This document shows, piece by piece, positions 13,554 to 26,089 of a DNA stretch of 64,000 nt. A program made the translations under genes and the position numbers. Every line of letters starts with the position of its first letter. Within the stretch, counting starts at the first letter, position 1. Under the pieces are notes generated by a model. It had not been told where the DNA came from and made no database searches. It was given only the letters and a program-made list of their open reading frames with translations. The DNA comes from Felis catus (Eukaryota). The stretch covers positions 94,242,001 to 94,306,000 of the forward strand of contig NC_058368.1 of NCBI RefSeq assembly GCF_018350175.1, read 5' to 3'.

Positions 13554-16500
13554 AAAAAGAAAGGAAAAAGAAAAAAGAAAGGAGAAAAATATGCTAGAAC
13601 TCATCAAACAGAAGTATAGGATGAGATACTCAACAGGAAAGGAGGAAGCTTAGGAATTAACTGTTTCATCTGTGAGCACTCAAGGGTCTGGAATCTGTTC
13701 TCATATAACACACACTTCTCATTTCATCTGACCCATGTATTTTCCCCATTGAAAAAAAGCATTCATCCCCAGCATCTATTTAGACTTCAATATCTCTCAA
13801 CAAGTCCTAGAGGCACAATTTGACAGAATCTGCTCAGACCTCTCCAAAATGCTTCATCTTGTATATTATTCCCACCTCAGTCTGGTCATTTGACTCTTCC
13901 ACTTACCTGAGAAGAATAATAGGTTGTGTTAAACGTAAGTCTATGAATAAATATATACAATGTGTTAATATTTGCTAATATCTATTAAAGACTACTTATT
14001 TATTTTATTTTTTATCAATTCTTTACTTAAATCTTTCTTTGAAGACTTGATTTTTTTAGAAACTTCCTACCTCTGGCAGCCCTCTCTCTTCTTTCCCTCC
14101 CATCTTCCCTCCTCTGAGGTAGACATCAGAACTTCGGGACTGTGCTAGGTTATAAGCAAATTCTTCATCTAGATCTTCTTACCCAGAGTTAATCTTCAAC
14201 TCTGCCCATTCTTCTATAAAACTCACTTATTGAAGTTTTAAAGGTTCTATGATTATGTTCTTGATTTCTAAGAATTGTTTTCATAATTGCGTATGTTGTT
14301 ACATAGGAATATATACCTGTACTCCTCTTTTATTACCCAAAGATACTCATTAGACCTGAGGATGCATGGGTGGCTCAGTCGGTTAAACATCTATCTACAT
14401 CTTGGTTTGGGCTCAGGTCATGATCTCACAACTCATGAGTTCGAACCCCTCATCGGGCTCTGGACTGACAGGGAGCGGCCTGCTTGGGATTCTCTCTCTC
14501 CCTCTCTCTCTCTGTGCCTCCCCTGTTCTCTCTCTCTCAAAATAAATTAAATAAACTTGAAAAAAGAACTATCTTGGAGTCTTTTCTTCAAGTGTTGATT
14601 CGTTGTTGGGGTTGATGCTTTTCTTTCCCAGTATTACTCCAATGGTGACTCTTGGTTGTGTGCTTATCTTTGTATCTGTGGTTCTGTGTATACATGTCTG
14701 TGGATTCAGCTTCTGTTTCCTACATCTTGTCTCCAGGGATCGTGGGGTGGGGCAGTACATGTAGCTGGAGGAGGTGTTCCAACAGTGTCTTCTGTGTGAG
14801 TCCTTCCTACCCCTCCCAAGAGTCATCAGCTCTCTAGGGCACTGCTCTGCAGTTTCAGACCTAGGGTCCACTGTGGGGGTCAAGAGCTGCTCCCTCTGCT
14901 TTATATTAAGTGGGGAAAAGGGGGAAGGGCCAACCTGCTCAGCTGCTTTGCACAGGATTCCCTAATTAAAAATAAAAATTTTTTTAATGTTTATTTTTGA
15001 GAGAGAGAGAGAGAGAGCATGAGTGGGGGAGGGACAAAAAGAGAAAGAGACCCAAAATCCGAAGCAGGCTCCAGGCTCTAAGCTGTCCGCACAGAGCCCA
15101 AGGCGAGGCTCAAACTCACAAGTCGAGAGACCATGACCTGAGCTGAAGTTGGATGCGTAACCGACTGAGCCACCCAGGCACCCCAGGATTCCCTAGTAAC
15201 TATGACCCCCCTTTGCTCCATTGAATCTGCTGAATGGGCTTGCAGATTCCTGGAATTACAGTTGGGTCTCACAAAATTACTTATAATAGATTTCCATTAA
15301 ACCACAACTCTTATTTTAGATTATTTACATACAGCACAAAATGAAGCACATTTATATCCACATTGTTATGATTTGATCTCCATTAAGAGAACTATGAGAG
15401 ATTTCTTGAAGCCTATGTAAAAATGCTTTTGCTTTACGATCTGCATAAACTGTTTTAAGAAACATCTAAAGAAATATGAAATGGGGCGCCTGGATGGCTC
15501 AGTAAGTTAGGTGTCCGACTTTGGCCTAGGGTCATGATCTCATAGTGTGTGGGTTTGAGCCCCGTACTGGGCTCTGGGCTGACAGCTCAGAGCCTGGAGC
15601 CTGCTTCAGATTCTGTGTCTCCCTCTCTCTCTGCCCCGGCCCCGCTCATGCTCTGTCTCTCTTTCTCTCAAAAATAAACAAACATTAAAAACTTTTTTTA
15701 AAAAAGAAATATGAAATTCTTGACTTGCTGTTTTTAAAATGCAGCACTACCCATTAATCATATTCCTGGTGGTATTTATTGATGTAATAGAGATGATGGA
15801 ATCATAGTTTTGAAAAAGGCAAAGAGGTAAACAAAGCAGAAGCATTAAGTGCAAAGTCAGACCTCATGTTAAGAATCTTTTAGTGGGAAATTATTACCAT
15901 CATCATCAGAAGAGAAACTAAGTGCCTCCTTTTACAGAAGAGATCTTAAATATCTCTATATTGTTTGGGGAGATCCAAGGAGAAAGAGAAAAAAAAGAAG
16001 ACATCAGCTCAATATAACTTATGTTTTTAAAGGAACCCAGACCATTGAGATGATATTTTTAAATTTTTTTTTTAATTTGGAAAGCAAGTCTTTTGCTGTT
16101 ATATTTAGTGTTATAGCTAGAATATTACATTTAGGCGCGGTTGCCAGTATCCTGTATATACAGGACATGCCCCGTATTTGTGTTGTACTGTGCCTGTGTA
16201 CTGACTTTGTCATGACCCCTTAAGTGCCCTGTATTCAGCTTTTTAAAAGAAATTACAAAAATCAGCAGCTAGAGCTATCTTTCTGCCCCAGTAAATGGTA
16301 CTTACATCACTTACATGGCAATACCAGCTGCAAACCATACTCCACAAACATCTCCACCATCTCTTATGGCCTCTCCTGCAGGTTTGGCTGCAGGGAGATC
16401 AAAGAGAGGAACTGAGAAAGAAAAGTATTTCTTTTTCATACTCAAGAAAAGACTATTCTTCGACCAAATTCCCAAGCTGTGAACAAGTAAGCATTGTTAA

Positions 16501-16944
16501 TTCGAGTTAACTTCGTATGAGTGCACATGCTCTGAAAATCAGCCAAACAGTTGTAGCCTCCCTCCTGTGGCCTGTTTCTGGAAAGCAGCCAGTTAGCAGC
16601 CTTACTCCAAGTGTCTAAAAGCGAGCAAATCAGTAACAGCCCAAGCTTCTGAAAGACATTCGGTGATAAACCTCCAGTCCTGAATGTCAGCAAGCTGCGA
16701 CAATGCACGCTTCCAGACAACAGCCATTCAAAAAAATACCCCACTCTAGCAGCCAAGCTCCTGAAGGTCATGGTTAGCTGGTGGACAGCAGCCTTTCTCC
16801 AGTGAACACACTAACACAGCTGAAAATCTTTCAATCTGTACACACTCCACTTCTGAAAACCCACCGATCCCCGAATGTCAAGCTTCTCAAAACCTTACAC
16901 AAGATCAACTCTGGCTTTCTCAAGAAAACAATGTCTTACAAACA

Positions 16945-17411
16945 CAGCTGACTCTTGAACAATCCAGGGGTGAGTGGCGCTGACCCTGCGGTTGAAAATC
17001 TGTACATAACTTTTGAATCCTCAATACCTTAATGGCTAATAGCCTACTGTTGACCAGAAGCCATATATGGCTTACCATACATGGTAAATAAGCACCTATT
17101 CTTATGGTATGTATACTATATACTATAATCTTACAAGAAAATAAGCTAGAGAAAAAATATTATTAAGAACACCATAAGGGGGCGCCTGGCTGGCTCAGTC
17201 AGAAGAGCGTGGGACTCTTGACCTCAGGGTTGTGAATTCAAGCCCCACATTGGGGGTAGAGGTTACTTACAAATAAAATCTTTAAAAAAAAGAAGAAGAA
17301 AACCATAAGGAAGAGATAATACATTTACAGTACCATACTGTATTTATCTTTAAAAATCTGCATGTAAGTGGACACGTGCAGTTCCAACCCATGTTGTTCA
17401 AGAGTCAGCTG
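16945..17411. mobile_element. Tigger2-derived MITE (Tc1/mariner) with an internal short SINE
   Basis: Perfect 18-bp TIRs cagctgactcttgaacaa (16945-16962) / ttgttcaagagtcagctg (17394-17411), TA on the right; SINE at about 17178-17295 flanked by aagaa(c/a)accataagg. Confidence 0.9.
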
Positions 17412-18861
17412 TATAGATTTCCCCTGTAGGCAAACAGAACGTTTACCTTTTCTGCATCAGAGTTCAACTGAGTTCAATTCATTGCTAGTTGGCAAGTTTG
17501 CACTCTTCCTTCCTGGTTACAGGTCATGATGAGGTGATTTGTGAGTGATGGATGGCAGCAACATGGTCAGAAGACTACCAAATTCAATCTTCAAATTCTG
17601 CAGTGATTGATAAAGCAAATTGGTAATTTCGTAATTTGCACAGAATTAAAACCCCAAATGTGAGAATAAAAAAGTTTTATGACCAATTTCTGAACAGTGG
17701 ACATTTATTAAATGAGAAAACGAAAATCCTTTGAAGCTTTTTGTATAAGATACAATTGTTCACTCACTATAAATACTGTCAGATACAAAGCAACATATCC
17801 TAGCAGCTGAGCACAAGAGATGTATGACTTCCTCAATCAGTACGAAAGAAAAGGATAAAGTAAGTTTTTTTAAATGATTTAGAGAGATTCAGATGAGAAT
17901 AATCACAGCAGAGGCTGTAATGGCCTTCCATGGTCTATATCTTCATTCAGCTCAAATGTTTAAATGTACTGCTATCAGAAATACTTTCTCATTTCAAAAT
18001 TGCAAGCAAATACTAAACAAACATCAAATCAAGGGCCAGGACAAAATCTACAGCAATGCTAAAAAGTGTAAAAACCACATTTATTAATGCAAGTAACCAC
18101 AATCAGAAAACGCTTTTCTCTTGATTGGGCAATATTTTTGTGAAAGAGGATTGCTTACAAGGCCATTGTCCATGAAATCCCTTCCAGATGAGACTTCAGA
18201 AACATTAGGAAATTGTAGCAAAGACTCTCTTATAAGCCAGAGTTAATGAGATACATTGAATTGGAGGTAGACCATGCAGTTGTTTGCGTAAAGGTGCTGA
18301 AAAGTCAAAGTTGAAGCAAAGCATACAATGATTCCATAAAGTGTTGGCTGTCCTGCCCTAGTCTGCCTAATGATGCTCAGATAGCATATGATGTTCTTTC
18401 TTTGGACACTGTCATGACACTGTTATGAAACTGCTCTCCTACTTCAGCATGTATACTAATGCCATCAGCATCAATACCCTCTTTGTACTGAGCAATTAAA
18501 AACGTCATGATTTTGTTGGCATTATTCAGTTCTAACAAACACATTTGAAGGAATTCTCAGTTTATCACTTAAAGCGTAAAATCATACTTTAATTACGAAG
18601 AAAAGGACCCCTTAATTCTTGTTGAGGTGTTTGTTTGTTTTTTTTTTAATGTTTATTTATTTTTGAGAGAGACAGACTGCGAGGGGGAGAGGGGCACAGA
18701 GAGAAGGAAACAGAATTGGAAGCAGGCTCCAGGCAACAAGCCGTCAGCACAGAGCCCAGCGAGGGGCCTGAACCCACCAACCCTGAGATCATGACCTGAG
18801 CGGAAGTCGGAGGCTTAACTGACTGAGCCCCCCCAGGTACCCCTCTTATTGAGTTTTAATA

Positions 18862-19361
18862 GAGTAGTCTCCCCACCCTTATCCATACGGGATACATCCT
18901 ACGACCTCCCATCTGAAACCGCAAATAGGACCGAAGCCTACATATACTATGTTTTTCCAATACGTACGAACCTACGATAAAGTTTAATTTAGAAGTTAGG
19001 CACGGTAAGAGAGTAACAATAACAAATAATAAAAGGGAACAATCATAGCAGTATACGTAATAAAAGTTATGTGAACGTGGTCTCTGGCTCTCAAAACATC
19101 TTGTCGCACTGTACTCACCCCTCCTGTGATGATGTGAGATGATAAAATGCCTGTGTGAGGGATCACAGAAGGGGCGTGTCGCAGACTTTGTGACGTCACT
19201 GAATGGGATAAGTGAGGGGCGTGTCGCAGACTTTGTGACTTCACTGACTTGGCGTCAGGCTGCGGATTGACCTTCTGATGCCCCTGCTTCTTCTGGTCGG
19301 GGTTGACTGCCTGGAGCTGGAACTGCGGAAAAGCCAAATCCCAGAGAATGGGGAACTAGTG
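18862..19361. mobile_element. MER44-like (Tigger7-derived) MITE
   Basis: ta|gagtagtc..ccttatcc ... ggggaactagtg|ta termini; internal gataaagtttaattt..ttaggcac.gtaagaga and taataaaagttatgtgaa match recalled MER44. Confidence 0.85.
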
Positions 19362-20084
19362 TAATTTATTCTGTAAAAGCTCCCTATTTCTTGGTCATTG
19401 TCTTCAATCAGTTTGGTAAGAGGATTGTGCAAAGTGAAAGAAGAGCTACAAGGTTTTCAAGGTACTCCACTGTTTAAAGGAATTTGCTGAGTGTGTTAAG
19501 GAAAAAGTTGGCATCAACTTTATCCCTTTTGTTAGCAAGGCTGCTGGTGAAAAGGTCAACCGTACTTTTGAACAGGAAGAGAAATTCCAACTTGAGGTAG
19601 ATAATTACTACAGCACTTGTAACTAGGTTTTGAAGTCAATATTATCCTTTGAGGAATTTGTTTTTTTGTTGTTGTTTTGTTTTGTTTTTTTTACTGGATG
19701 TTGCTAAATAGTCTTCTAGCATGGGAATAAGTAGAACCACCTATATTATCGAAGAAGGAACTAAAAAAGGACAACAATGGGCACCCGGATGGCCCAGTCA
19801 GTAAGCAATGGACTCTTGATTATGGCTCAAGTCATGATCTAATGGTTCTTGAGATCTAGCCCACCCGGCTCTGAACTGACAGCCCAGAACCTGGTTGGGA
19901 TTCTCTCTCTGCCCCTCCCCTCCTTGTGCTATGCTTAAAAAAAAATAAAAAATAAATAAAAAAAAAAAAGGCAAGTTATGGGGGCACCTGGCTGGCTCAG
20001 TCAGTAGAGCATGTGGCTCTTTATTGCAAGGTTGTGAGTTCAAGCCCATGTTAGGTGTGGAGCCTACTGAAACAAACAAACACA

Positions 20085-20127
<43 letters not shown>

Positions 20128-20659
20128 AAGACAAGTTATGCCATGAAAGATGGTATGTGCTTCAACCAATCAAATTTGAAGAGCAATCATCAGAACTTTA
20201 GCTTTATGCTGGTATATGTTTAGCGTACTGTCTTATAATGATAATATTGAGCATGTTTTCTCATTAATGGATGTTAAGTAGGTGGACAAAATAATAATAA
20301 ACTGAATGTGACCACTGTAGATGATATGTTACAGTGTAAGTGGAACATAGACTGTAACCACAGGAACTTTATAAGCAAATTTGGCAAAGCAAGGAAGTAT
20401 TAAGGAGAGCCAATCATCTGGGAAATAAAATTAAGGAAAGTGGTATATAATTTGGGTGGTTAAAATTTATTTCAGATAAATAACAAATACTGTTATAGTA
20501 AAATATGTCCCATGCCATATTTTTCATTTAATCTAAATGTATATATACATAAAGGCAATTAGATATAAATCAAATTTAAATGGGGATTTATTTACATGAC
20601 CGTGAGATCGTGACCTGAGCTGAAGTCAGACGCTTAAGTGCCTGAGCCACCCAGGCGCC

Positions 20660-22700
20660 CCTGCAACCACAATTTTAGAACATTTTCAGCACTTTAAAAG
20701 AAACCTTCACCCTCGAGCTATTTGCTTTTGTCCCCCTCCTCTTCTTTTTCCACTGCTCCCAGCCCCCAACAATCAACCAGCCCTGGGCACCACTAATCTA
20801 TTTTCTGTCTCTATAGATTTGTCAATTCTGGACATTTCATATGAATGGAATCACATAATAAGCCATCTTTTGTAACTGGATTCTTTCACTTCTTTTCTTT
20901 TTCTTTTTTTCTTTTTTTAAGTTTACTTATTTATTTTTTGACAGAGGAATAGAGTGCACGCTCATAGGAAGGGGCAGAAAGAAAGGGAGAGAGAGAATCC
21001 CAGGTAGACTCCACAGCACGGAGCCCAACTCAGGGCTTGAACCTACGAACCATGAGATCATGACTTGAGCCAAAATTAAGAGTTGGATGCTCAAATGACT
21101 GAGCCACCCAAGGCACTCCAGTTAGCATAATATTTTCAAGGTCATCCATGCTGCAGAAAGTATAAGTACTTTATTCCTTTGTAGGGCTAAATAATATTCC
21201 ATTGTATGGATATATCCCATTTTGTTTATCCATTCATCACCTGATGGGTATTTGGGTTGTTTCCATCTAGGTTGTTACTTAGGAGTAGATGTCTTGGGTC
21301 AAATGGAAACTAAATTATTTGAGAAACTGTCAGACTGCTTTCCTAAGTGGCTGCATCATTTCACATTCCCACCAGCAGTGTATGAGGGTTCTGATTTAGC
21401 CACATCCTCACTTGTCATTATCAGACTTTTTTTTTAATTTTATTTATGTATTTTGAGAGAAAGAGAGAGCAATAGAGCACGAGCCAGGGAGGGGCAGAGA
21501 AAAAAGGGGAGAGAGAATCCCAAGCCAGCTCTGTGATGTCAGTGCAGAGCTTCACCCGGGGCTTGATCTCACAAACCATGAGGTCATGACCCCGAGCTGA
21601 GATCAAGAATCAGACACTTAACCAGCTGAGTCCCCCAGGCCCCCTGATTTTTTGATTCTAGCCATTCTAGCAAGTGTAAAATGATATTTCATTGTGGCTT
21701 TGATTTGCATTTCTCTGATGATTGATGATGTCCAGCATCCTTTCACGTTTATTGGTCATTTGTAGATCTTCTTTGGAGAAATGTCTATTCAGATCATTTC
21801 CTCATTTAAAAAAATGTGTGATTTGTCTGTTTATTATCAAGTTGTAAGAGCTCTTTATGTAATCCAGCTACACGTCTCTCATCAGATGTATTATTTCCAA
21901 GTATTTTCTTCCATTCTGTATGTGGTCTTTTGACTTTCTTGATTGTGTCCCTAGAAGCATAGAAGTCTTTAATTTTTGATTAAACCCAATGTTTGGATGT
22001 TTTTTCATTTGTTGCATGTGCTTTTGGTGTCGTACCTAAGAATGCATTGCCAAATTCAAGGTACTACAGATTTACCCCTCAGTTTTTTTCTAAGAATTTT
22101 ATAGTTTCAGCTCTTGCATTTAGGTCTTTGATCCACTTTGAGTTAATGTTTATATATTGTGTGAGGTAAGCATTCAATTTCATTCCTTTTTTTAAAAAAA
22201 ATCTGTTTAATGTTTATTTATTTATTTTTTAATTTTTTTTTTCCCAACGTTTATTTATTTTTGGGACAGAGAGAGACAGAGCATGAACGGGGGAGGAGCA
22301 GAGAGAGAGGGAGACACAGAATCGGAAACAGGCTCCAGGCTCTGAGCCATCAGCCAGAGCCCGACGCGGGGCTCGAACTCACGGACCGCGAGATCCTGAC
22401 CTGGCTGAAGTCGGACGCTTAACCGACTGCGCCACCCAGGCGCCCCTAATGTTTATTTATTTTTGAGAGATAGAGCATAGGTGGGGGAGGCAGAGAAAGA
22501 GGGAGACAAAAGGATCTGAAGTGGGCACTGAGCTTCAGATGCGGGGCTCAAAGTCACAAACCGTGAGCTGAAGTTGGACCGTGAGCCACCCAGGTGCCCC
22601 TCAATTTCACTCCTTTGCTTGTGGCTATGTCGTTTTTCAGTACCATTTGTTGAAAAGATCCCTCTTTTCTCATTGAATGGTCTTGGCACCATTGTTAAAC
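20660..22700 (-). mobile_element. Old L1M 3' region with nested SINEs
   Basis: ccactaatcta..ttctgtctctatagattt, tattccattgtatggatata, cattcccaccagcagtgtatgagggttc, ttgatttgcatttctctgatg, tttaggtctttgatcca are L1 3'UTR/ORF2-end motifs. Confidence 0.85.
22224..22446 (-). mobile_element. Young SINEC_Fc-type copy nested in the tail of an older SINE
   Basis: CpG-rich, near consensus; TSD taatgtttatttattt at 22208-22223 and 22447-22462. Confidence 0.9.
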
Positions 22701-23389
22701 ATCCGACCAGCATCTCTGAAGTATAGGGGAAGAACTGTAGGATAAGGATTGGCTCGTAGAGAGAGATTGCCTTGAAACGATCTGTGGATCTCCATTCGAG
22801 AAGATGACCAAAAGGCTTCCAAGTGGGCCAGGAAGTACTGCCAGACACACTGGGGCAGCTGAACCGGATACATCCTCCTCTTTCCATGAGGAACACTAGC
22901 CTTTACTGATGAGAAGAAAGGGAGCAGGAAGTTCCTCACTGACGCTTGACCGAGGAACGAGTTACAGCTTGTCTGCCTTTCCCCTGCAGATCTACCCCTG
23001 CATCTGCGGTATCACTCACAGCTTCCCCTCTGCTTAATGCACCTCCATAGCTTGACCAACCCTCGGGGGCAGTTAGAGCCAAGAGCAAACGAAGAAATGT
23101 TCTTAGCATCTTGATGAGCACTGAGAAATGTACAGAATTGTTGAATCACTATATATTGTACACTGTATTTACTAACATAACACTGTCTATTCATTATACT
23201 TGAATTTAAAAGAAGCAAGAAAGAAATGGTCTTAGGCAGCCCAACAGCCAAAAAATAAAAAAATAAAAAAAAAAAAAAAACCTAATAAAGAGCAACCAGA
23301 ACATCCAGAATTGGGTTAGCTTCTACTGTACTAGTTGGCAGAGGAGACAGAAGACGACTATAATAATGAATAAACAAGTAATAAATACA

Positions 23390-24300
23390 TAAGCATGCAC
23401 TCAAGAACTCTCTGGACCTAGCCAGCATTATTCTGAAGCTAAATTATTCAGTGAAAACATAAAAAAGGGAGAGACGATGAAATTGAGAATCTAATTAATG
23501 GTGTGATGATCAAACAGAAGAAATATCTGAAGAAGAGAAACAAGGAGGAGGAGGAGGAGGAAGACGAGAGGAGGAAGAAGAGGAGAGAAGAAAGGAGGGG
23601 GGAGGGGAAAGGGAGGGGGAAAGGAGAAGGTGGAGGGAAAACATCTCAAAACAAAGAACAAAAGTTCTGATTTAAATAAACTGAAGTCATCACCTTGAAA
23701 AGATTTAGCAAGTTCCAGGCAGGATTAAAAAATAAATAATACGTCTATTCCTAGATATCTCCTGGTTAGTTTTCTGAATTGCAAGGATAAAGGGAAATCT
23801 TACAGGCTTCCAGACAAAGGACAAAGTGTCTGATTGGCCCTAGACTAGGACTCCATGGCAACAATGGAAGGCAGGAGACTGTGGAATATCTATTACACAT
23901 TCAAAGAAAGGAATGTAATCAGAAAACTCTGCTCTCAGCCAAGATGCCCTTCGCCTCCCAGAGTAAAAATAAACCTACTGATGAATATGTGATGATTGAG
24001 ATGATTTATCCCACATGTATCCTAGCTGAGGAAAACACTAAGGAAGAGTGTTGAACACTTCCTTGAACACTAAAGGAAGTTCAAGAAAATATGTAAGAAC
24101 GATATGCAACGCGCTCTCCAACACACATCGTTAAGTCTAAATACATGGCAGTGGAAAGCTTGGGAATGTGTAATCTAAGTGTCGAAGAGTCTCAAAACTG
24201 AAGAGTTGAAGACTTATATGGCAAAGGAAAATGTAATAATAGTTCAGAAGTAAAGTTACCAGAGGATCTCAGCAAGCAGGAATTAAGAGTGGGAGAGGGG
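23390..24300 (+). mobile_element. Highly diverged L1 ORF1/HAL1-like fragment
   Basis: A-rich; gttccaggcaggatt..cctagatatctcctgg..aaggataaagggaaatcttacaggcttccaga resembles ORF1 C-terminal coding sequence. Confidence 0.5.
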
Positions 24301-26089
24301 GAAGGATTAGCATTCGAAAGCTCTCCTTTAGAAAGGAAGGAAGCAAAAACATCATGAGGACTGGTAGAAAGACAGTAGAATCCTGTATCTTGTTTTCACA
24401 CAACAGTAGAAAAATACTGATTTTATGATGAGCGAGAGAAATCAGAAAAATAACCTCCAGTGGAATGGAAAAGTAAAAACCGCTAAAATGAAGGTGCTTC
24501 GCCAGAAGAACTTGGAAAGGACCTCAGTTTTATGCCCAAGGGCTCAGTTTCCTGGCCCTCAGCATCTGAACAGCTCAGCCCGCAGCCAGGATTCTTAATT
24601 GGACTCTTGCTCAAGTGTGTGAGAAAAGCTTTCTGGAGAGACGGGCACACAATTTGGAGGCAGGCGAACTGTCTGGATCATAAATCTGACACTTTGCAGC
24701 TTGCTCTGAGCCTTTGATGTCCTTATCTGTAACATGACGATTAAAAACACCCCTCGTGGGGGTGTTGCAAACAGTACGGAATAACATTGTGAATACGCTG
24801 TGCCCAGCCTAAGTAGACACATTTACAGCAGTGATGGTTACTTTTATTACCGTTCTTATTATTTCTTGGGATAACCCCAGCCCACAGATGCTCTGCAGTC
24901 CTGGAGCCCAGGGGCATGGTTTCAGCTCTGCAACCCGTTTTACCTCTTTTCTATGTGATTTTGCTCAGCAATCCCAAAAGCACCCTCTAGAACTCTCATC
25001 CTGAGACCCAAGGTAGACTAGACTGACCTTTTGGATCTATTTACTCAAATCTTTGAACTATCTTGAGATGAATTTGTTTATCAGTTCCTTTACAAAGGGA
25101 GTAAAAAGATTCTTTTCTGGGGCACCTGGGTGAGCGTCCGGCTTCGGTTCAGGTCATGATCTCGCAGTTTGTGAGTTCGAGCCCCGCGTCGGGCTCTGTG
25201 CTGACAGCTCAGAGCCTGGAGCCTGCTTCTGATTCTGTGCCTCCCTCTCTCTCTGCTCCTCCTCCACTCCTGCTCTGTCTCTGTCTCTCTCAAAAATAAA
25301 TAAACATTAAAAAAAAAAAAGATTCTTTTCTGGCTATTTTGGGAAAAAATATGTGAAAATTGCTTCCTGAAATAAAAAAGTCAGCCATTTTGGATTTTGA
25401 AGTTTAAAAAATTGAATTTAGGTTTGGACCTTCCCAGACTAACATTGAAACCTATAAATTAAAGGCAAATTACTTTCTCCCAGTTGAGACCCATTGCAAA
25501 TTCCTGCCAATATCTGATGTGGGTAAAGAAAGAGTATTTGATCAGAATCAAATGTAGTTTGTTTTTTGTTTTCTTTCTTTTTTTATTTTTATTTTTATTT
25601 TTTTGATTAAAGTAGACTTCATGCCCAGCGTGGAGCCCAACATGGGGCTTGAACTCAAGTTCCCTTAGATCAAGATCAAGACCTGAGCTGAAATCAAGAG
25701 TCAGAGGCCCAACTGACTGAGCCATTCAGGTGCCCCAGGAATCAAAAGCAGTTTAATTGCATTGATCTCAAAATATTGTAGATGGGAAAAAATCTTGAGG
25801 TTCTTGCACATAATGGCTGAATTAACATATACAGACAAATTTATATCTTGGAAGAAGAAATAGCATAGAAAAATATGTAGAACTAGATTTCCATGCAGCA
25901 TTAAAAACAACCTTAATGACTCACACAGAGATGGTTTTTTTCTGAAACTAACATGACAGTTCTTCCCATTGTGTGCCCAAGAAGTAGACTTTGTTATGTT
26001 CCCTTCATAACAATTTATTTAAATTAAGTGAAATCTGCTTCTGTATGGGATATAAGTTGTTTTGTTTTTGTTTTTGGTTTTGTTTTTTA

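Larger units (their letters stand above)
16132..20522 (+). mobile_element. Fossil autonomous-type hAT DNA transposon (Blackjack-like) with a degraded transposase and nested insertions
   Basis: Colinear frameshifted peptides: ITAEAVMAFH (about 17902), RARTKSTAMLKSV..NASNHN (18032), LIGQYF..KSLPDETSET (18121), VGCPA..NDAQIAYDVLSLD (18343), VMKLLSYFSMYT (18422), YMFSVLSYNDNIEHVFSLM (20213), LNVTTVDDMLQCKWN (20302). Possible left end tagg..ggttgccag at 16132. Confidence 0.75.

Noticed and set aside
17178..17295. tRNA-like sequences (also about 19981-20085 and 42768-42875)
   Set aside because: tRNA-derived short CAN-SINEs with A tails and TSDs, not tRNA genes.
19170..19247. Repeat-spacer-repeat pattern reminiscent of CRISPR
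   Set aside because: Only two copies, inside a mammalian MITE, with no cas genes; a simple tandem duplication.
17660..20430. Domesticated transposase gene (ZBED-like)
   Set aside because: Multiple stops, frameshifts, deletions and nested elements; no intact reading frame.
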